Assembly (NCBI GenBank): GCA_029245725.1
Contig: JAQWOT010000148.1
Span: 50,918 to 114,917 of the forward strand
Reading direction: 5' to 3'
Origin: SAR324 cluster bacterium
Lineage (GTDB): Bacteria; SAR324; NAC60-12
DNA length: 64,000 nt
Under the pieces are notes generated by a model, which saw only the letters and a program-made list of their open reading frames with translations, was not told where the DNA came from and did no database searches. Below are positions 25,988 through 36,695 of the stretch, in pieces (the first letter of the stretch is position 1; each line of letters begins with the position of its first letter). Both the position numbers and the translations under genes were made by a program.

Positions 25988-27310
25988 TCATCGCCCTGGC
26001 CATTGAGGATGTAAATCGTCAATCACATAGGGATGAACATGCACTTTTTTACCCGACAGATGTGGATGGTTGCTACTCAGGTCATCATGGCGATGCTCCA
26101 GATCCATGGGGTCGATTTTGGGCCAGGCTCTCCAGGCTAGCAAGCAGCCCAATAGACATCCCAAAGCGAGAATTCCAAAAGTCAGGGACAACTCCAAGTT
26201 TTCACACAGCCAACCTACGGTCGGATAAGCAATCAACCAACAAGCATGTGATAACGAGAAATGGGCAGCAAATAGTGCTGGGCGATCCTTTGTGTGAGCG
26301 GAACGTGTCAACAAACGCCCCATTGGAACATGAATCATTGAGTACCCAAAGCCCATTATCATCCAGATGGGCAAAAGCTCGCTCCATTTCTCAATGCTTG
26401 TTGCCATCCCAAGGCTGATCACCAGCATCAAAGAGCCAAGCAACATCACATTTCGCTCTGAATACCTCTCCAGTAACTTGGGAGACACCAGCGCAACAAG
26501 CATCGAACCAATCCCAAAGACTGTGAGGGTCAGTGCCGTGTCTTGCTCATTCAGTCCAAAATGCCCCTGTACTAGCACAACCGTGTTGACAAAGACCATT
26601 GCTCCAGCGGCAGCCACTACACCGTGAAGGATCAGTCCCCCCTGCAGACGAGGTGTTGCAAGATAGATTTGCATTCCACGGGTCACCCGTTTCAGGAAGG
26701 GTAACTGAGTTTTTTTGGAAAAAGGTAGACTGACCGTGCAGACCAGGGCAGCTGAAGCCAGGAATCCGCAGAATGTGCCTGCATATAGTCCCTGCCAAGT
26801 GACTACTGCTAGGAGTAACGATGCGAGGACAGGACTCAGTAAGGTTTCCAAATCGTAGGCCAGCCGAGATAGGGAGAGAGCCTTGGTATAGTCCTCCTCA
26901 TTCTTCAGCAGATCAGGAATCGTAGCTTGGAACAGAGGGGTGAAGCCTGCAGAAGCAGCCTGTAGCAGAAAGATCAGTAAATAGATCTGCCAGATTTCAG
27001 TAACCCAGGGAAGTACCAACACAAAACCAGCTCGGACTAGGTCCAGCAGAACCAGCACTGTACGCCGAGGAAGATTCCCCAACAGCGCTTCGGCCACTGG
27101 CGCAATGGTCACATAGGCGATGATCTTGATGGCTAAAACAGTGCCCAAGATCACCCCAGCATTAGCTCCTCCCAATTCAAAGACGAGTAGTCCCAAGGCG
27201 ACAGAAGCGAGACCCGTTCCCAACAGACTAACAGCCTGTGCAGCAAATAAACGTCGATATGCTGGGTGCTGGAGAACTCCTAACAAGGAAGCGTTGCCAA
27301 GCATGACCAA
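25988..27310 (-). CDS. MFS transporter with a His-rich C-terminal tail
   Basis: About 12 TM helices typical of MFS. C-terminal tail HRHDDLSSNHPHLSGKKVHVHPYVIDDLHPQW. Confidence 0.8.
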   Translation of the reverse strand: MVMLGNASLLGVLQHPAYRRLFAAQAVSLLGTGLASVALGLLVFELGGANAGVILGTVLAIKIIAYVTIAPVAEALLGNLPRRTVLVLLDLVRAGFVLVLPWVTEIWQIYLLIFLLQAASAGFTPLFQATIPDLLKNEEDYTKALSLSRLAYDLETLLSPVLASLLLAVVTWQGLYAGTFCGFLASAALVCTVSLPFSKKTQLPFLKRVTRGMQIYLATPRLQGGLILHGVVAAAGAMVFVNTVVLVQGHFGLNEQDTALTLTVFGIGSMLVALVSPKLLERYSERNVMLLGSLMLVISLGMATSIEKWSELLPIWMIMGFGYSMIHVPMGRLLTRSAHTKDRPALFAAHFSLSHACWLIAYPTVGWLCENLELSLTFGILALGCLLGCLLAWRAWPKIDPMDLEHRHDDLSSNHPHLSGKKVHVHPYVIDDLHPQWPGR

Positions 27311-27545
27311 ACTAGATCAATGGGTTGGGGTCCTTAAATTAGGCTTGATGAAAATAGACATCAGTCGAAGAGTTTTGAGTACAATCAACAATGACAATCA
27401 GAAGGGCAATTGTTCAGAGGAGAAAGGGCAGCGCCCTCTCAAATCAAAAAGTTTCAAGGTTTAGACCTGACTTGCTGAGGATGTCAAATCAAACGGATTG
27501 AATAAAGAATCGAATTGGTATTGTAGTCAAATTCTCATCTGAGCC

Positions 27546-28634
27546 TTAGCCCAAGAGGCCATTTGCCAATACCTTCCCGTCCTTATCGAACAGGTGAAGA
27601 CTCGAGCGCTCGAGGTTCAGATGCAAGGGTTCTCCCCGTTTGACAGGGATCTGTCCAGCTTGGTGGACATTGAATGCACCAAGATCCTCAGAACGACAAT
27701 AGATATAGGTCTCGCCACCGAGTTGCTCAGTCAATTCCACAACGACAGAAGCATCTGCTTCCTCTGCATTCGCTAATTTGATGTGCTCTGGTCGAATTCC
27801 AAAAGAGCAGCTTTCTCCCTCAACCAAGTTTGGTAGGGACTTGATCCGGATTTCAGTTTGCCCAGATTTCAAAATCCACTGCTCTCCTTCGCATGCGAGC
27901 TGGGCCTGAACAATATTCATTCTTGGGGAGCCAATAAATCCAGCAACAAATAGATTTTGTGGAGTGTTATAAAGTTCCAGCGGGGGTCCAGCTTGTTCTA
28001 CTCGTCCTTGATTCAGGACCACGATTTGATCGGCAAGCGTCATTGCCTCGGTTTGATCATGTGTCACATAGATCATAGTGCCACCAATATTGGCATGAAG
28101 CGCAGCAAGTTCCTTGCGCATGGTGACACGCAACTCGGCATCCAAATTGGAGAGGGGTTCGTCAAACAGAAAAGCTTTTGGTTCCCGAACAATAGCACGA
28201 CCGATCGCAACTCGCTGCCGCTGACCACCTGATAGTGCCTTGGGGCGACGCTTCAAATAATCTGTGATTTGGAGCATCTCTGCGGCCTTGGAAACCCGTT
28301 GGTTGATCTCATCTCTGGGCATCCGAGAGTTCTCCAAGCCAAAGGCCATGTTTTGATAAACCGTCATGTGTGGGTACAGAGCGTAGGACTGAAAGACCAT
28401 GGCCAATCCGCGCTCAGAGGCGGCAACGTTGTTGACAACCTCGCCATTGATTTCCACGGCACCAGATGTCACATCCTCCAATCCAGCAACAATTCGCAGC
28501 AGTGTGCTTTTTCCACAACCCGAAGGACCAACAAAAACAACAAACTGACCGCTTTGCACCTGAAGATCAATACCATGCAACACTTCCACAGAGTCAAAGG
28601 CTTTGTAGACGTTTTTCAGCGCAATTTCTGTCAT
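27546..28634 (-). CDS. ABC transporter ATP-binding protein (MalK/UgpC-type, carbohydrate)
   Basis: Walker A GPSGCGKST, signature LSGGQRQR, Walker B LFDEPLSNLD and a C-terminal TOBE-like domain. Confidence 0.9.
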   Translation of the reverse strand: MTEIALKNVYKAFDSVEVLHGIDLQVQSGQFVVFVGPSGCGKSTLLRIVAGLEDVTSGAVEINGEVVNNVAASERGLAMVFQSYALYPHMTVYQNMAFGLENSRMPRDEINQRVSKAAEMLQITDYLKRRPKALSGGQRQRVAIGRAIVREPKAFLFDEPLSNLDAELRVTMRKELAALHANIGGTMIYVTHDQTEAMTLADQIVVLNQGRVEQAGPPLELYNTPQNLFVAGFIGSPRMNIVQAQLACEGEQWILKSGQTEIRIKSLPNLVEGESCSFGIRPEHIKLANAEEADASVVVELTEQLGGETYIYCRSEDLGAFNVHQAGQIPVKRGEPLHLNLERSSLHLFDKDGKVLANGLLG

Positions 28635-28649
28635 TTCATTCTCTTAGAT

Positions 28650-29663
28650 TCAGCGACTACGCATTTTTGCAGCCAGGGTTGGTTCTGCACGCTGCATTCG
28701 CAAAGGTGGCAACCCTTTGAGGATCTGTGCAATGTCATCCAGCATCATCTCTTGAATCCGAGCGTAGGAAGCTCGTATACCCCCTGCTAAGTGCGAGGAA
28801 AACAAAATGTGAGGTGTTTTTCGAACAGGATCATCCTTGGAGACTGGCTCTTCTGGGAATACATCAATCGCTGCCCTGAATCGTCCCTGACCCGCCAACT
28901 CAACAAATGCTTCAAAATCCACAATCTCTGCACGACTCGCCAAGACTACTGTCGCGTCTGCCGGAATGGATTCCAGCAGTGCTCTTCCCAGAAAACCTTC
29001 ATTCTCTTTAGTGACCCCAGCCAGCAAGAAGAGAAACTTTGATTTCGCCAGGATCTCGTCCAATGAAACAGGGATTAGCCCTTCTTTGCTGAGATATCCG
29101 CTAGAAAGCCACGGGTCATGCACGAGAATTTCAGGTTGGAACGGTCTCAACAGCGGCACCAGAGACTTGCCTAGATTACCGTAACCCACCATCCCCACCG
29201 TTGAATCGTAAAGACTGTAGGCTTTGGCATTGCCCCCGATTCCATAAGCTTCCTGAGTCTCTCGAAAAAGAGGATCTGCATGCCGAAGTCCTCTTGCCAG
29301 AGTGATCACCTGACCTAGGCAAAACTCCGCTACAGCAGGGGCCATCGCAGGTGCTGCAGAAAGGACGTGAATGCCCCGAGCATGTGCTTCCACGTAATCG
29401 ATATTGGGTTCCCAGTTTGCCTTCACGTTGAGAATGGCACGCAGCTTTGGGGCTTGGTCCAATCTTTCTCTGGGCATTGCTGTTTGACCAATAATCACTT
29501 GAACTTCAGGAAGGATTTTCTCGACCAACTCATCTGGTGCCCGAGATCCAAAGTGGATCACCAGGTGTCCCAGATCCCTCAATATCTTCTCTGTTGCTTC
29601 AGAAAAAACCATTTCCTGATTCCGTGGGTAAGGATCCAGAAACAATAGCGGTTTCTCACTCAT
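28650..29663 (-). CDS. D-isomer-specific 2-hydroxyacid dehydrogenase family protein
   Basis: Start at MSEKPLL (ATGA overlap with the upstream permease). NAD-binding GMVGYGNLG. Catalytic His region SSHLAGG. Confidence 0.75.
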   Translation of the reverse strand: MSEKPLLFLDPYPRNQEMVFSEATEKILRDLGHLVIHFGSRAPDELVEKILPEVQVIIGQTAMPRERLDQAPKLRAILNVKANWEPNIDYVEAHARGIHVLSAAPAMAPAVAEFCLGQVITLARGLRHADPLFRETQEAYGIGGNAKAYSLYDSTVGMVGYGNLGKSLVPLLRPFQPEILVHDPWLSSGYLSKEGLIPVSLDEILAKSKFLFLLAGVTKENEGFLGRALLESIPADATVVLASRAEIVDFEAFVELAGQGRFRAAIDVFPEEPVSKDDPVRKTPHILFSSHLAGGIRASYARIQEMMLDDIAQILKGLPPLRMQRAEPTLAAKMRSR

Positions 29664-30733
29664 TTCATACCTGAACTGGCAATGCCTGTTGTGATGAACT
29701 TTTGTAGAAAGGCAAAGACCACCACCACCGGAATCAGGGTGACAACGGTCATCGCCAAAATGTAGTGCCACTGCACGTCCAGCTCACCTTGAAAGGCATT
29801 CAAGCCAACCTGAAGAGTATAGACCTCGGATCGATTAAGTACGATCAGCGGCCAAAGGAATTCATTCCAGCGCCACATGATTGAAAAGATTGCAAGGACA
29901 GCTACCGCTGGCATCGCTAAGGGCAGAACAACTCTCCAGTAGACCTGCCACTCCGTGGCTTTATCCATCCGCGAGGCCTCAATCAGGTCCTTGGGAATCG
30001 TCAGCATGTATTGTCGTAACAGGAAAACCCCAGTTGGAGTTGCCGCTCCTGGCAAAATCACAGCCCAGAGTGAATTGACCATTCCCAGTTCGGTCACCAC
30101 CAGATATACCGGAACCAGAATCACTGTGATCGGAATCATTAGGGTGCCAATAACCAGCAGCATTACTGCATTGCGACCTTTGAACTCATAGATCGAGAGC
30201 CCGAAAGCAGCCATGGAATTAATCAGCAAAGTGATCAGGGTAGCCAGCGTCGTGACAATGACCGAATTTGTGAGGTAACTCAAAAAGTTGAAGCGCTCCA
30301 AAGGATCGAGGTAATTCTCCCAAGCCATGCGGAATTCACGAATGGGCTCTCGCTGCTTGATGGGAATCTTGTACTTGGTACTTGGCTCTGCCGGATCAAC
30401 CATCTGGCTAATGATCCCAATCCGGCGAATTTGAGCCAGATCCTTGGTAGAACCATCTTCCATTGTCACACGATACATGGGGAGTGGTTTTTCATATCCT
30501 TCAACTGCTACCACAACTTGGCCCAATGGAGCCCAGGTTGGCGGAAATTCGAGCAATCCAGCTGAAGTCTTGAACGAAGACAAAACCAACCAGACAACTG
30601 GACCGAACATCAAGAAAATTCCCAAGCCCAGGTAACCATATGTGAAAAGATCGGTCCAATGCCAGCGCTTGCCACCTCGTCGGAGGGTAAGGAACTGCCA
30701 GATGCGGGCAGGAAGAGAAGCAGGCTCAACCAT
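29660..30733 (-). CDS. ABC transporter permease (MalG/UgpE-like)
   Basis: EAA-loop region IEASRMDKATEWQVYWRVVLP. 6 TM with a large periplasmic loop. Confidence 0.85.
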   Translation of the reverse strand: MVEPASLPARIWQFLTLRRGGKRWHWTDLFTYGYLGLGIFLMFGPVVWLVLSSFKTSAGLLEFPPTWAPLGQVVVAVEGYEKPLPMYRVTMEDGSTKDLAQIRRIGIISQMVDPAEPSTKYKIPIKQREPIREFRMAWENYLDPLERFNFLSYLTNSVIVTTLATLITLLINSMAAFGLSIYEFKGRNAVMLLVIGTLMIPITVILVPVYLVVTELGMVNSLWAVILPGAATPTGVFLLRQYMLTIPKDLIEASRMDKATEWQVYWRVVLPLAMPAVAVLAIFSIMWRWNEFLWPLIVLNRSEVYTLQVGLNAFQGELDVQWHYILAMTVVTLIPVVVVFAFLQKFITTGIASSGMK

Positions 30734-31766
30734 TGTCTTTCCATCTAGTGGCTGCTAACTGCAACATGGTGAGACCAAACAAAACTACTCCCAAAATGAC
30801 GGAGGCTGCTGCAGCCAAACCAAAGTTTTGGATCTGATTCGTAAAGCCAGTATTGTAGATGTATTGAACAATGAATTGAGTGGCTGTGCCCGGACCACCT
30901 CCGGTTAGAACGTAGACCTCATCAAACGTCTGCACTCCCTTGATCAAGGCTAGCACAATCACCACCAGTAGATTGGGCCAAAGTAGGGGAAGAGTAATCC
31001 GCCAAAAAATCCGCTCTTGCTTTGTTCCGTCCATCTCCGCTGCTTCGTAAAGATCCGGAGGGATTGCCTGAAGCCCTGCAAGGATGATTAAAGTGTAGAA
31101 GCCCATGTGAGCCCAGATGGAAATGAAGATCGCCCAAAACATTGCCCATGCTGGACTAACAAAGAAAAGGATCTTGTCAAAACCCAACTCTACAAGCCAG
31201 GCGTTGAGAATGCCATCACGGAGTAAGATCCACTTCCAAATCAGCGCAACTACGACCGGGGAGAGTAAAACTGGGAAAAAATAAACTGATCGAAAGAATC
31301 CACGTGCCTGGATTTTTTTATTCAACACCAGAGCCGTGATCAACGAGAATAGAACCAGAAAGGTAAGCTGAAGGGTAATGAAGGTTGCCGTGTTGAAGAG
31401 ACCTTTCCAGAAACGATCTTCACGGCAACTCAATGGGTCGGCGTAATTTCCACAGTCCAACAAAAAAGCATACTGTTCTGTACCTGTGAAAGTGCGGTCA
31501 TCTAGATAAAGGTTTGTTCCCCCTGTCAGTGAAAAGGCGAAGTTCACAAACAAAGGCAGAACAACAAAAAGCCCAAAGAAACATAGATTGGGTAACAGAA
31601 AAACGTAAGGCATTGGGCCAAGCCCAAGCAAACTCTGGAGACGTTTCATCGGCCACTCAATGAAACGAAACAATAGGAAAAGCGGCCAAGTGATCAGAAT
31701 TTTGAGGTGGAGCTGACCCGTCTCCGCATCCTTGAACTGAGAATGTTGAGCAAGTTCTGAATTCAT
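30726..31766 (-). CDS. ABC transporter permease (MalF/UgpA-like)
   Basis: EAAEMDGTKQERIFWRITLP motif. N-terminal start ambiguous: 31766 or 31649. Confidence 0.75.
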   Translation of the reverse strand: MNSELAQHSQFKDAETGQLHLKILITWPLFLLFRFIEWPMKRLQSLLGLGPMPYVFLLPNLCFFGLFVVLPLFVNFAFSLTGGTNLYLDDRTFTGTEQYAFLLDCGNYADPLSCREDRFWKGLFNTATFITLQLTFLVLFSLITALVLNKKIQARGFFRSVYFFPVLLSPVVVALIWKWILLRDGILNAWLVELGFDKILFFVSPAWAMFWAIFISIWAHMGFYTLIILAGLQAIPPDLYEAAEMDGTKQERIFWRITLPLLWPNLLVVIVLALIKGVQTFDEVYVLTGGGPGTATQFIVQYIYNTGFTNQIQNFGLAAAASVILGVVLFGLTMLQLAATRWKDNG

Positions 31767-31895
31767 TTTGAAGCTGGGAGACTCTTTAGAGGGAAGGATC
31801 CGCCAAACCATAGGAGCAGTTGGCGGAATCAACGATAAAAAATGGAGAGTGCACGAATCCACACGGTCTGCAAATTCGTGTTTTGGTCAGCAGAA

Positions 31896-33188
31896 TCAGC
31901 TGCCTCGCTTCTTCTCAGCGATTTGTTGCTGAATATCCTGCTCCATCCGCTCATAGGCCTGGTCCAGAGTCAGTTCACCCATGATAGCTTCATTCAGACG
32001 CGAGATCAGTGCGTTGAACATCACGCGGTTGTAAACATATCCCTGCAGGTCAAAAGCGGTTGGAGAAATGCCAGGTACTGCTCCAGCGAAGGTCTCCAAA
32101 GCATGCTTCGCACGGGGATCGTCTGTATCAAAATCAACACCCTTCTCTGCCAACCCAAGATGTCCTGGAATAAACAGTGTTCGACCGTAGAACTCTGCTA
32201 GATTTTCTTCCTGAGCCAACCAGTCCATTAGTTTAGCCACCTCTTCAGGATGCTTAGTATCTTTAATGGCTACCAAGGCTGCTCCACCGGGCATGCCGGT
32301 ACAAGCTGCTGGACCACAAGGGGCAGGAACCGCCCACCAATCAAAAGCATCACCAATGTTCTTGGCAAACTGGGGAATTTGCCAAGAGCCACTCATATAC
32401 ATCACAACCTGGGCGTTGGTAAAATCCTCATTTGCACCTAAATATGCTGATCCAGAAACAGAGCCCCAGAGTTCCTTGGCCATGATTCCCTGCTGATGCC
32501 AGTCATAGAGGCGCTGTGTCATACGCTTCAAACCCTCATCAACCAGAGCTGGTTCGCCACTGCCATCAAACATTTTGGCACCCATGGCGATTGCAGGTCC
32601 TGAAACACGGTGACCAGAGCGGTCCCAGGCCATTGGAATAGGAATTTCCAATTTATCGGCAACCTGCTTGGAGGCCTTAGCCCAATCATCCCAGGTAGCT
32701 CCTTTGCCAGGCATTGGCACTTCTGCTTGCTCAAACAAGGTCTTATTGACATAGGGCCCTGTGACCGTCAACTGAGTCATGAATCCAGAAATGGCTGAGG
32801 TGTCTCCTGGTTGGCGTAACCACTTGAGAAAGGGACCAAAGCTCTTCTCCCAATAACCCGCATCATTCAGATACGGTCGGAGATCCATGTAGTATTTTGA
32901 GAGACCACCAAGATCAGTGACACGGGCGAGGTCAGGTCCATCTCCAGCAGCAAGCTGTACTGGCAAACTTTCCATGATTGATTTATATGGCACCACGTCC
33001 AAGTTGACTTTTATATCTGAGTTCTGGGCTTCAAAACGATCTAATAATGATCGCATGACTTCCCCTTCGATCCCGTCGTTATACCAAGTCATTCTCAGTT
33101 CGGTCTCGGCAAACAGGGGGGTAGCCCAAACCGCCATTGCGACTGAACCCACCGTCAAGATTCTTCTGAGTTTGTTTAGCATTCTCAC
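31896..33188 (-). CDS. ABC transporter extracellular solute-binding protein (family 1, carbohydrate)
   Basis: Signal peptide, about 410-aa mature protein. First gene of a minus-strand SBP-permease-permease-dehydrogenase-ATPase operon. Confidence 0.8.
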   Translation of the reverse strand: MRMLNKLRRILTVGSVAMAVWATPLFAETELRMTWYNDGIEGEVMRSLLDRFEAQNSDIKVNLDVVPYKSIMESLPVQLAAGDGPDLARVTDLGGLSKYYMDLRPYLNDAGYWEKSFGPFLKWLRQPGDTSAISGFMTQLTVTGPYVNKTLFEQAEVPMPGKGATWDDWAKASKQVADKLEIPIPMAWDRSGHRVSGPAIAMGAKMFDGSGEPALVDEGLKRMTQRLYDWHQQGIMAKELWGSVSGSAYLGANEDFTNAQVVMYMSGSWQIPQFAKNIGDAFDWWAVPAPCGPAACTGMPGGAALVAIKDTKHPEEVAKLMDWLAQEENLAEFYGRTLFIPGHLGLAEKGVDFDTDDPRAKHALETFAGAVPGISPTAFDLQGYVYNRVMFNALISRLNEAIMGELTLDQAYERMEQDIQQQIAEKKRGS

Positions 33189-33605
33189 TTCCTACCTTAG
33201 GGTTGGAGATAACAGGTTGCTTTACCTTTGATAGGTTATTCAGCCACCTGATGAAATCGCAAATGATCAACACCTAGCAAATCCACAAACATGTTGATCA
33301 TTTTACGAAATATTTGTTGGAAAGTTTTAATTTAACTCACCAATTTTTTTCAAAAATAAATCTTTAAATCAATGCTTTGTATGAATACATTACCTTCTAA
33401 ATTCAAAAAATGTGACTCTTTATTTGCATTTGCTACTGGCTTGAATTGCAATCATCTTAAATCAGGAAATGTTGCCGATTTAAATAAAGATTAGAAAGAT
33501 TGTCAAACAAAAACGCTCTTATGTCCTGTTTCCTTACTCTTCGGTAGGTAGTTCTTGAAATTCACTAAAGTTGACTCTTAGGAAGCCGTAATTGTCAATC
33601 TCTCA

Positions 33606-34610
33606 CTAGCCCAGTTGAACAGCCTTTTCCTGTGCTTCCAGCGCTAGCCAGCAGACTGTGAAGCAGTGCTCATGGGTCATCGTGAATTCTGTACGGTTCT
33701 GAACATCTTTTAGGAATTGTTCAAAGTAAGTGATCGGAACATCACTACAGTCGATCCGTTCATAGCGGTCTTGATTGACCAGCATCAGGTGGTTTTGCCC
33801 CTCTTCACCCAGAATATCGATGTACTTCCGTAACTCCAGGTAGCCCTCTGTTCCCTGGATAAAGAGCCGACCATCTCCCCAGGTGGGCAGAGCATCCGGT
33901 GTGTGCCAGTCCACTCGAATAAAGCCATTGGCGGTTGGGCTACGGAGGACAATTTCGCCATAGTCTTCAAACTCAGGCCAGGTCGGATTGGCGTAGTTTC
34001 CTACAGAGCTTGCGGCTATTTCTGCGTCCCTGGACCCCGTTAACCAAAGAAACTGATCAATTTGGTGGGAAGCAATGTCAATCAGGATACCCCCATACTG
34101 AGCCTTTTCATAGAACCAAGGTCGACGCAGATGGGAATTATGACGATGGGGTCCGAGTCCTACTGTTTGAACTACCTTCCCAATTGCACCTTGCTCAATC
34201 AACTCCTTGGCCTTCAGTGTTGCTGGGACTTCAAAGTGTTCAGAAAAATCTATGCTGTAACGAGCGCCAGTCTCTTCCCGAACCTGAATGACGGCCCTTA
34301 GTTGCTCCTTAGTAATCACACCTGGTTTATCGACCATCACATCCTTGCCGTAGCACATAGCCTGGATACAGATTTCCGCACGCTCTGCAGGAATACCTGC
34401 GCACACTATCAGCTGAATGTCCTCACGCTGATAGAGAAGTTCCGGTGACTCAAAACGAGGTACATCAGGAAATCGGTGAATGAAGCCTTCCAAGGGCTGT
34501 GCTGCATCTCGAGTGTAGTAACCAGCGCACTTAGCACCAGCAGCCAGCAGGCCCTCAGTCATTCCATAGATGTGGCGATGGTCCAAGCCCACGCAGGCAA
34601 ACTGAATCAT
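33606..34610 (-). CDS. Gfo/Idh/MocA family oxidoreductase
   Basis: N-terminal Rossmann fold, C-terminal alpha/beta domain. 334 aa. Confidence 0.75.
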   Translation of the reverse strand: MIQFACVGLDHRHIYGMTEGLLAAGAKCAGYYTRDAAQPLEGFIHRFPDVPRFESPELLYQREDIQLIVCAGIPAERAEICIQAMCYGKDVMVDKPGVITKEQLRAVIQVREETGARYSIDFSEHFEVPATLKAKELIEQGAIGKVVQTVGLGPHRHNSHLRRPWFYEKAQYGGILIDIASHQIDQFLWLTGSRDAEIAASSVGNYANPTWPEFEDYGEIVLRSPTANGFIRVDWHTPDALPTWGDGRLFIQGTEGYLELRKYIDILGEEGQNHLMLVNQDRYERIDCSDVPITYFEQFLKDVQNRTEFTMTHEHCFTVCWLALEAQEKAVQLG

Positions 34611-34622
34611 AAGGTCAACCTT

Positions 34623-35786
34623 TCAATAAGATTTGTTCATATCAGCAGCATCAACAGCAACGGTGGTTGTTTCTTTCCGATAGCTGCTGTTGGCGATTCT
34701 CTGTTCCAGATGGACCCAGTACTGATCACCATCTAGAGGCATCGGGACGCTCTGATTTTCGAAGGTGGAGAGCAGCATCGCATTGGCCAATTCTACGCTA
34801 TGAATACCCTCAATTGCGGGAGCTAGTAGAGGAGTTTGATCCAATACGTTATCCACAAAATTCTGCAAAATCTCACGATGTTGACCACCTTTCCCATCGA
34901 GCGGGATCTTCACTTCTTCGACGTCTGGCTTGCCAAAGGGTTGGTCTGTGTTGTGGCAAAATTCTGAGATTGGAACGCTATTCTTGAGTAGGCGTAATCC
35001 GCTTTCATCCACAATGACAGTTCCGTTTTCTGCAACAATTTCCAAGCGATTGGTCCCCGGAGTTTCACCGGTGGTCGTGATGAAGCTACACGTGGCTCCA
35101 TTTTCATAAGTCAGCAAGGCATTCACATCATCTTCGACTTCAATGTCGTGCCATTGACCGAATCGACACTGAGCCCAAACTTGAGTTGGAGTCCCAAAAA
35201 GCCACCAGAGCAGATCCAGTTGGTGTGGGCACTGGTTTAACAGCACTCCTCCTCCTTCTCCTCGCCAAGTCGCTCGCCACCCACCACTACGATAGTAGAT
35301 GTCCGGCCGGAACCAGTCAGTAATGATCCAACTCATTCGCCGCAACTCTCCCAGTTCTCCATCTCGGATCATCTGACGAACACGTTGGTAGCGAGGGTCC
35401 GTCCGTTGATTGAACATGGCACAGAAGACCTGTTCTTTTACGGGACGCTGCTCATAGGCATTGATCAACTGCTGGCAGGCGCTCTTGTGCACAGCAATCG
35501 GTTTCTCCACCAACAGGTGTAGGCCACTCTTCAGTGCTGCTTCGCCAATCGTGGAATGATCATAATGAGGGGTAGCAATGACCAGGGCCTCAATCAATCC
35601 AGATTCGATCATCTCCAAGCTGTCAGAGAAGCGAGGTATCTCTGGAGAAACTTTGCTGAGCCGATCTGGATCCAAATCACAAACCGCAGCAACTTCCGCC
35701 CTTTGAACAAATTGCTGAGTGATGGATTGATAGTGTTGGGTCCCCATATTGCCGAGACCGACTATCCCAAGTTTGAGTGGATTCAT
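34623..35786 (-). CDS. Gfo/Idh/MocA family oxidoreductase
   Basis: N-terminal LKLGIVGLGNMG Rossmann motif. 387 aa. Confidence 0.85.
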   Translation of the reverse strand: MNPLKLGIVGLGNMGTQHYQSITQQFVQRAEVAAVCDLDPDRLSKVSPEIPRFSDSLEMIESGLIEALVIATPHYDHSTIGEAALKSGLHLLVEKPIAVHKSACQQLINAYEQRPVKEQVFCAMFNQRTDPRYQRVRQMIRDGELGELRRMSWIITDWFRPDIYYRSGGWRATWRGEGGGVLLNQCPHQLDLLWWLFGTPTQVWAQCRFGQWHDIEVEDDVNALLTYENGATCSFITTTGETPGTNRLEIVAENGTVIVDESGLRLLKNSVPISEFCHNTDQPFGKPDVEEVKIPLDGKGGQHREILQNFVDNVLDQTPLLAPAIEGIHSVELANAMLLSTFENQSVPMPLDGDQYWVHLEQRIANSSYRKETTTVAVDAADMNKSY

Positions 35787-35844
35787 TGGTGTCTTTTATC
35801 AGGAGAGATTTTGGGGATCAGGACTGATGTGTACGGTGAATTCT

Positions 35845-36627
35845 TCAAGTCGTGAACAACTGTGGGTAGCTGATTTCTGGCTCAGCGATGTTTTTTGTAT
35901 ATCCGTTCATATAGCAGACACTGAGTGCTCTGCGAGGTGAGGAGGTTCGGTTCTTGTCGGAGGCATGCAGCAGGTGGTTGTGCAACACGACCAAATCTCC
36001 AGGTTTCACAAGAATCGGGACAATATCCTTCGCTGGTGCATGTTCGATGGCCTGGACCTCTGTTAAGAATCCTGAGGAATGCTCTGGATTGATCAAGCCC
36101 TTGCGGTGGGATCTACGAATGATCTGAACACACCCATTTTCAAGGGTCGCCTCATCCAATGGAATCCAAACGGTCAGCAGTGGATCTTGATCCAGAAAAT
36201 TCCAGCGGTCTTGGTGCCAGGGTAACCACGTCCCTTTGCCAGCAGCCTTGTTCATGAACATTGTCCGAAAGGAAGTAATCGGTAGGTTTAATCCATAAAC
36301 TCGCTCACAGAGTTGAACAAAAAAAGAGGACGTTATGAAATCAAGGAAGCGTTGATCCGCTTCCAAACCCTGAATCTTACGATAATCCAGAGTAGCTCCC
36401 TGAAAGCCGTTGCCTCCCCAACTCAGATCTTCGTACTTCCCGGAATCAGTATCGAGTTGCATCCAGATCTGCTCGTAGTCAACATCCACATTGCCTAGCA
36501 TGATTTGATCGATACGTTCCTGCAGGCCTGCGATTTCTGCTCTCTGAAAAAACTGCGGAAGAATGAAATAGCCTTCTTCTTCGAAGAGTTGAAAACATTG
36601 GTCCAGATCGCTTGGGTGAATCATCAT
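35845..36627 (-). CDS. phytanoyl-CoA dioxygenase (PhyH) family Fe(II)/2-oxoglutarate oxygenase
   Basis: WHQD...D and a late HNHLLHASDKN His give the 2-His-1-carboxylate arrangement. 260 aa. Confidence 0.7.
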   Translation of the reverse strand: MMIHPSDLDQCFQLFEEEGYFILPQFFQRAEIAGLQERIDQIMLGNVDVDYEQIWMQLDTDSGKYEDLSWGGNGFQGATLDYRKIQGLEADQRFLDFITSSFFVQLCERVYGLNLPITSFRTMFMNKAAGKGTWLPWHQDRWNFLDQDPLLTVWIPLDEATLENGCVQIIRRSHRKGLINPEHSSGFLTEVQAIEHAPAKDIVPILVKPGDLVVLHNHLLHASDKNRTSSPRRALSVCYMNGYTKNIAEPEISYPQLFTT

Positions 36628-36695
36628 TCAATGAGCATATCAAGTGGGTTAGTAAATTGTTCGGGCTTTAAAAAGTTAAACCAAAGCCTGACCAA

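Noticed and set aside
27434-27454. Bulged hairpin GAGAAAGGGC-agc-GCCCTCTC downstream of the ABC ATPase gene as a terminator
   Set aside because: There is no T-tract on the relevant (minus) strand and the stem is imperfect. Insufficient support.
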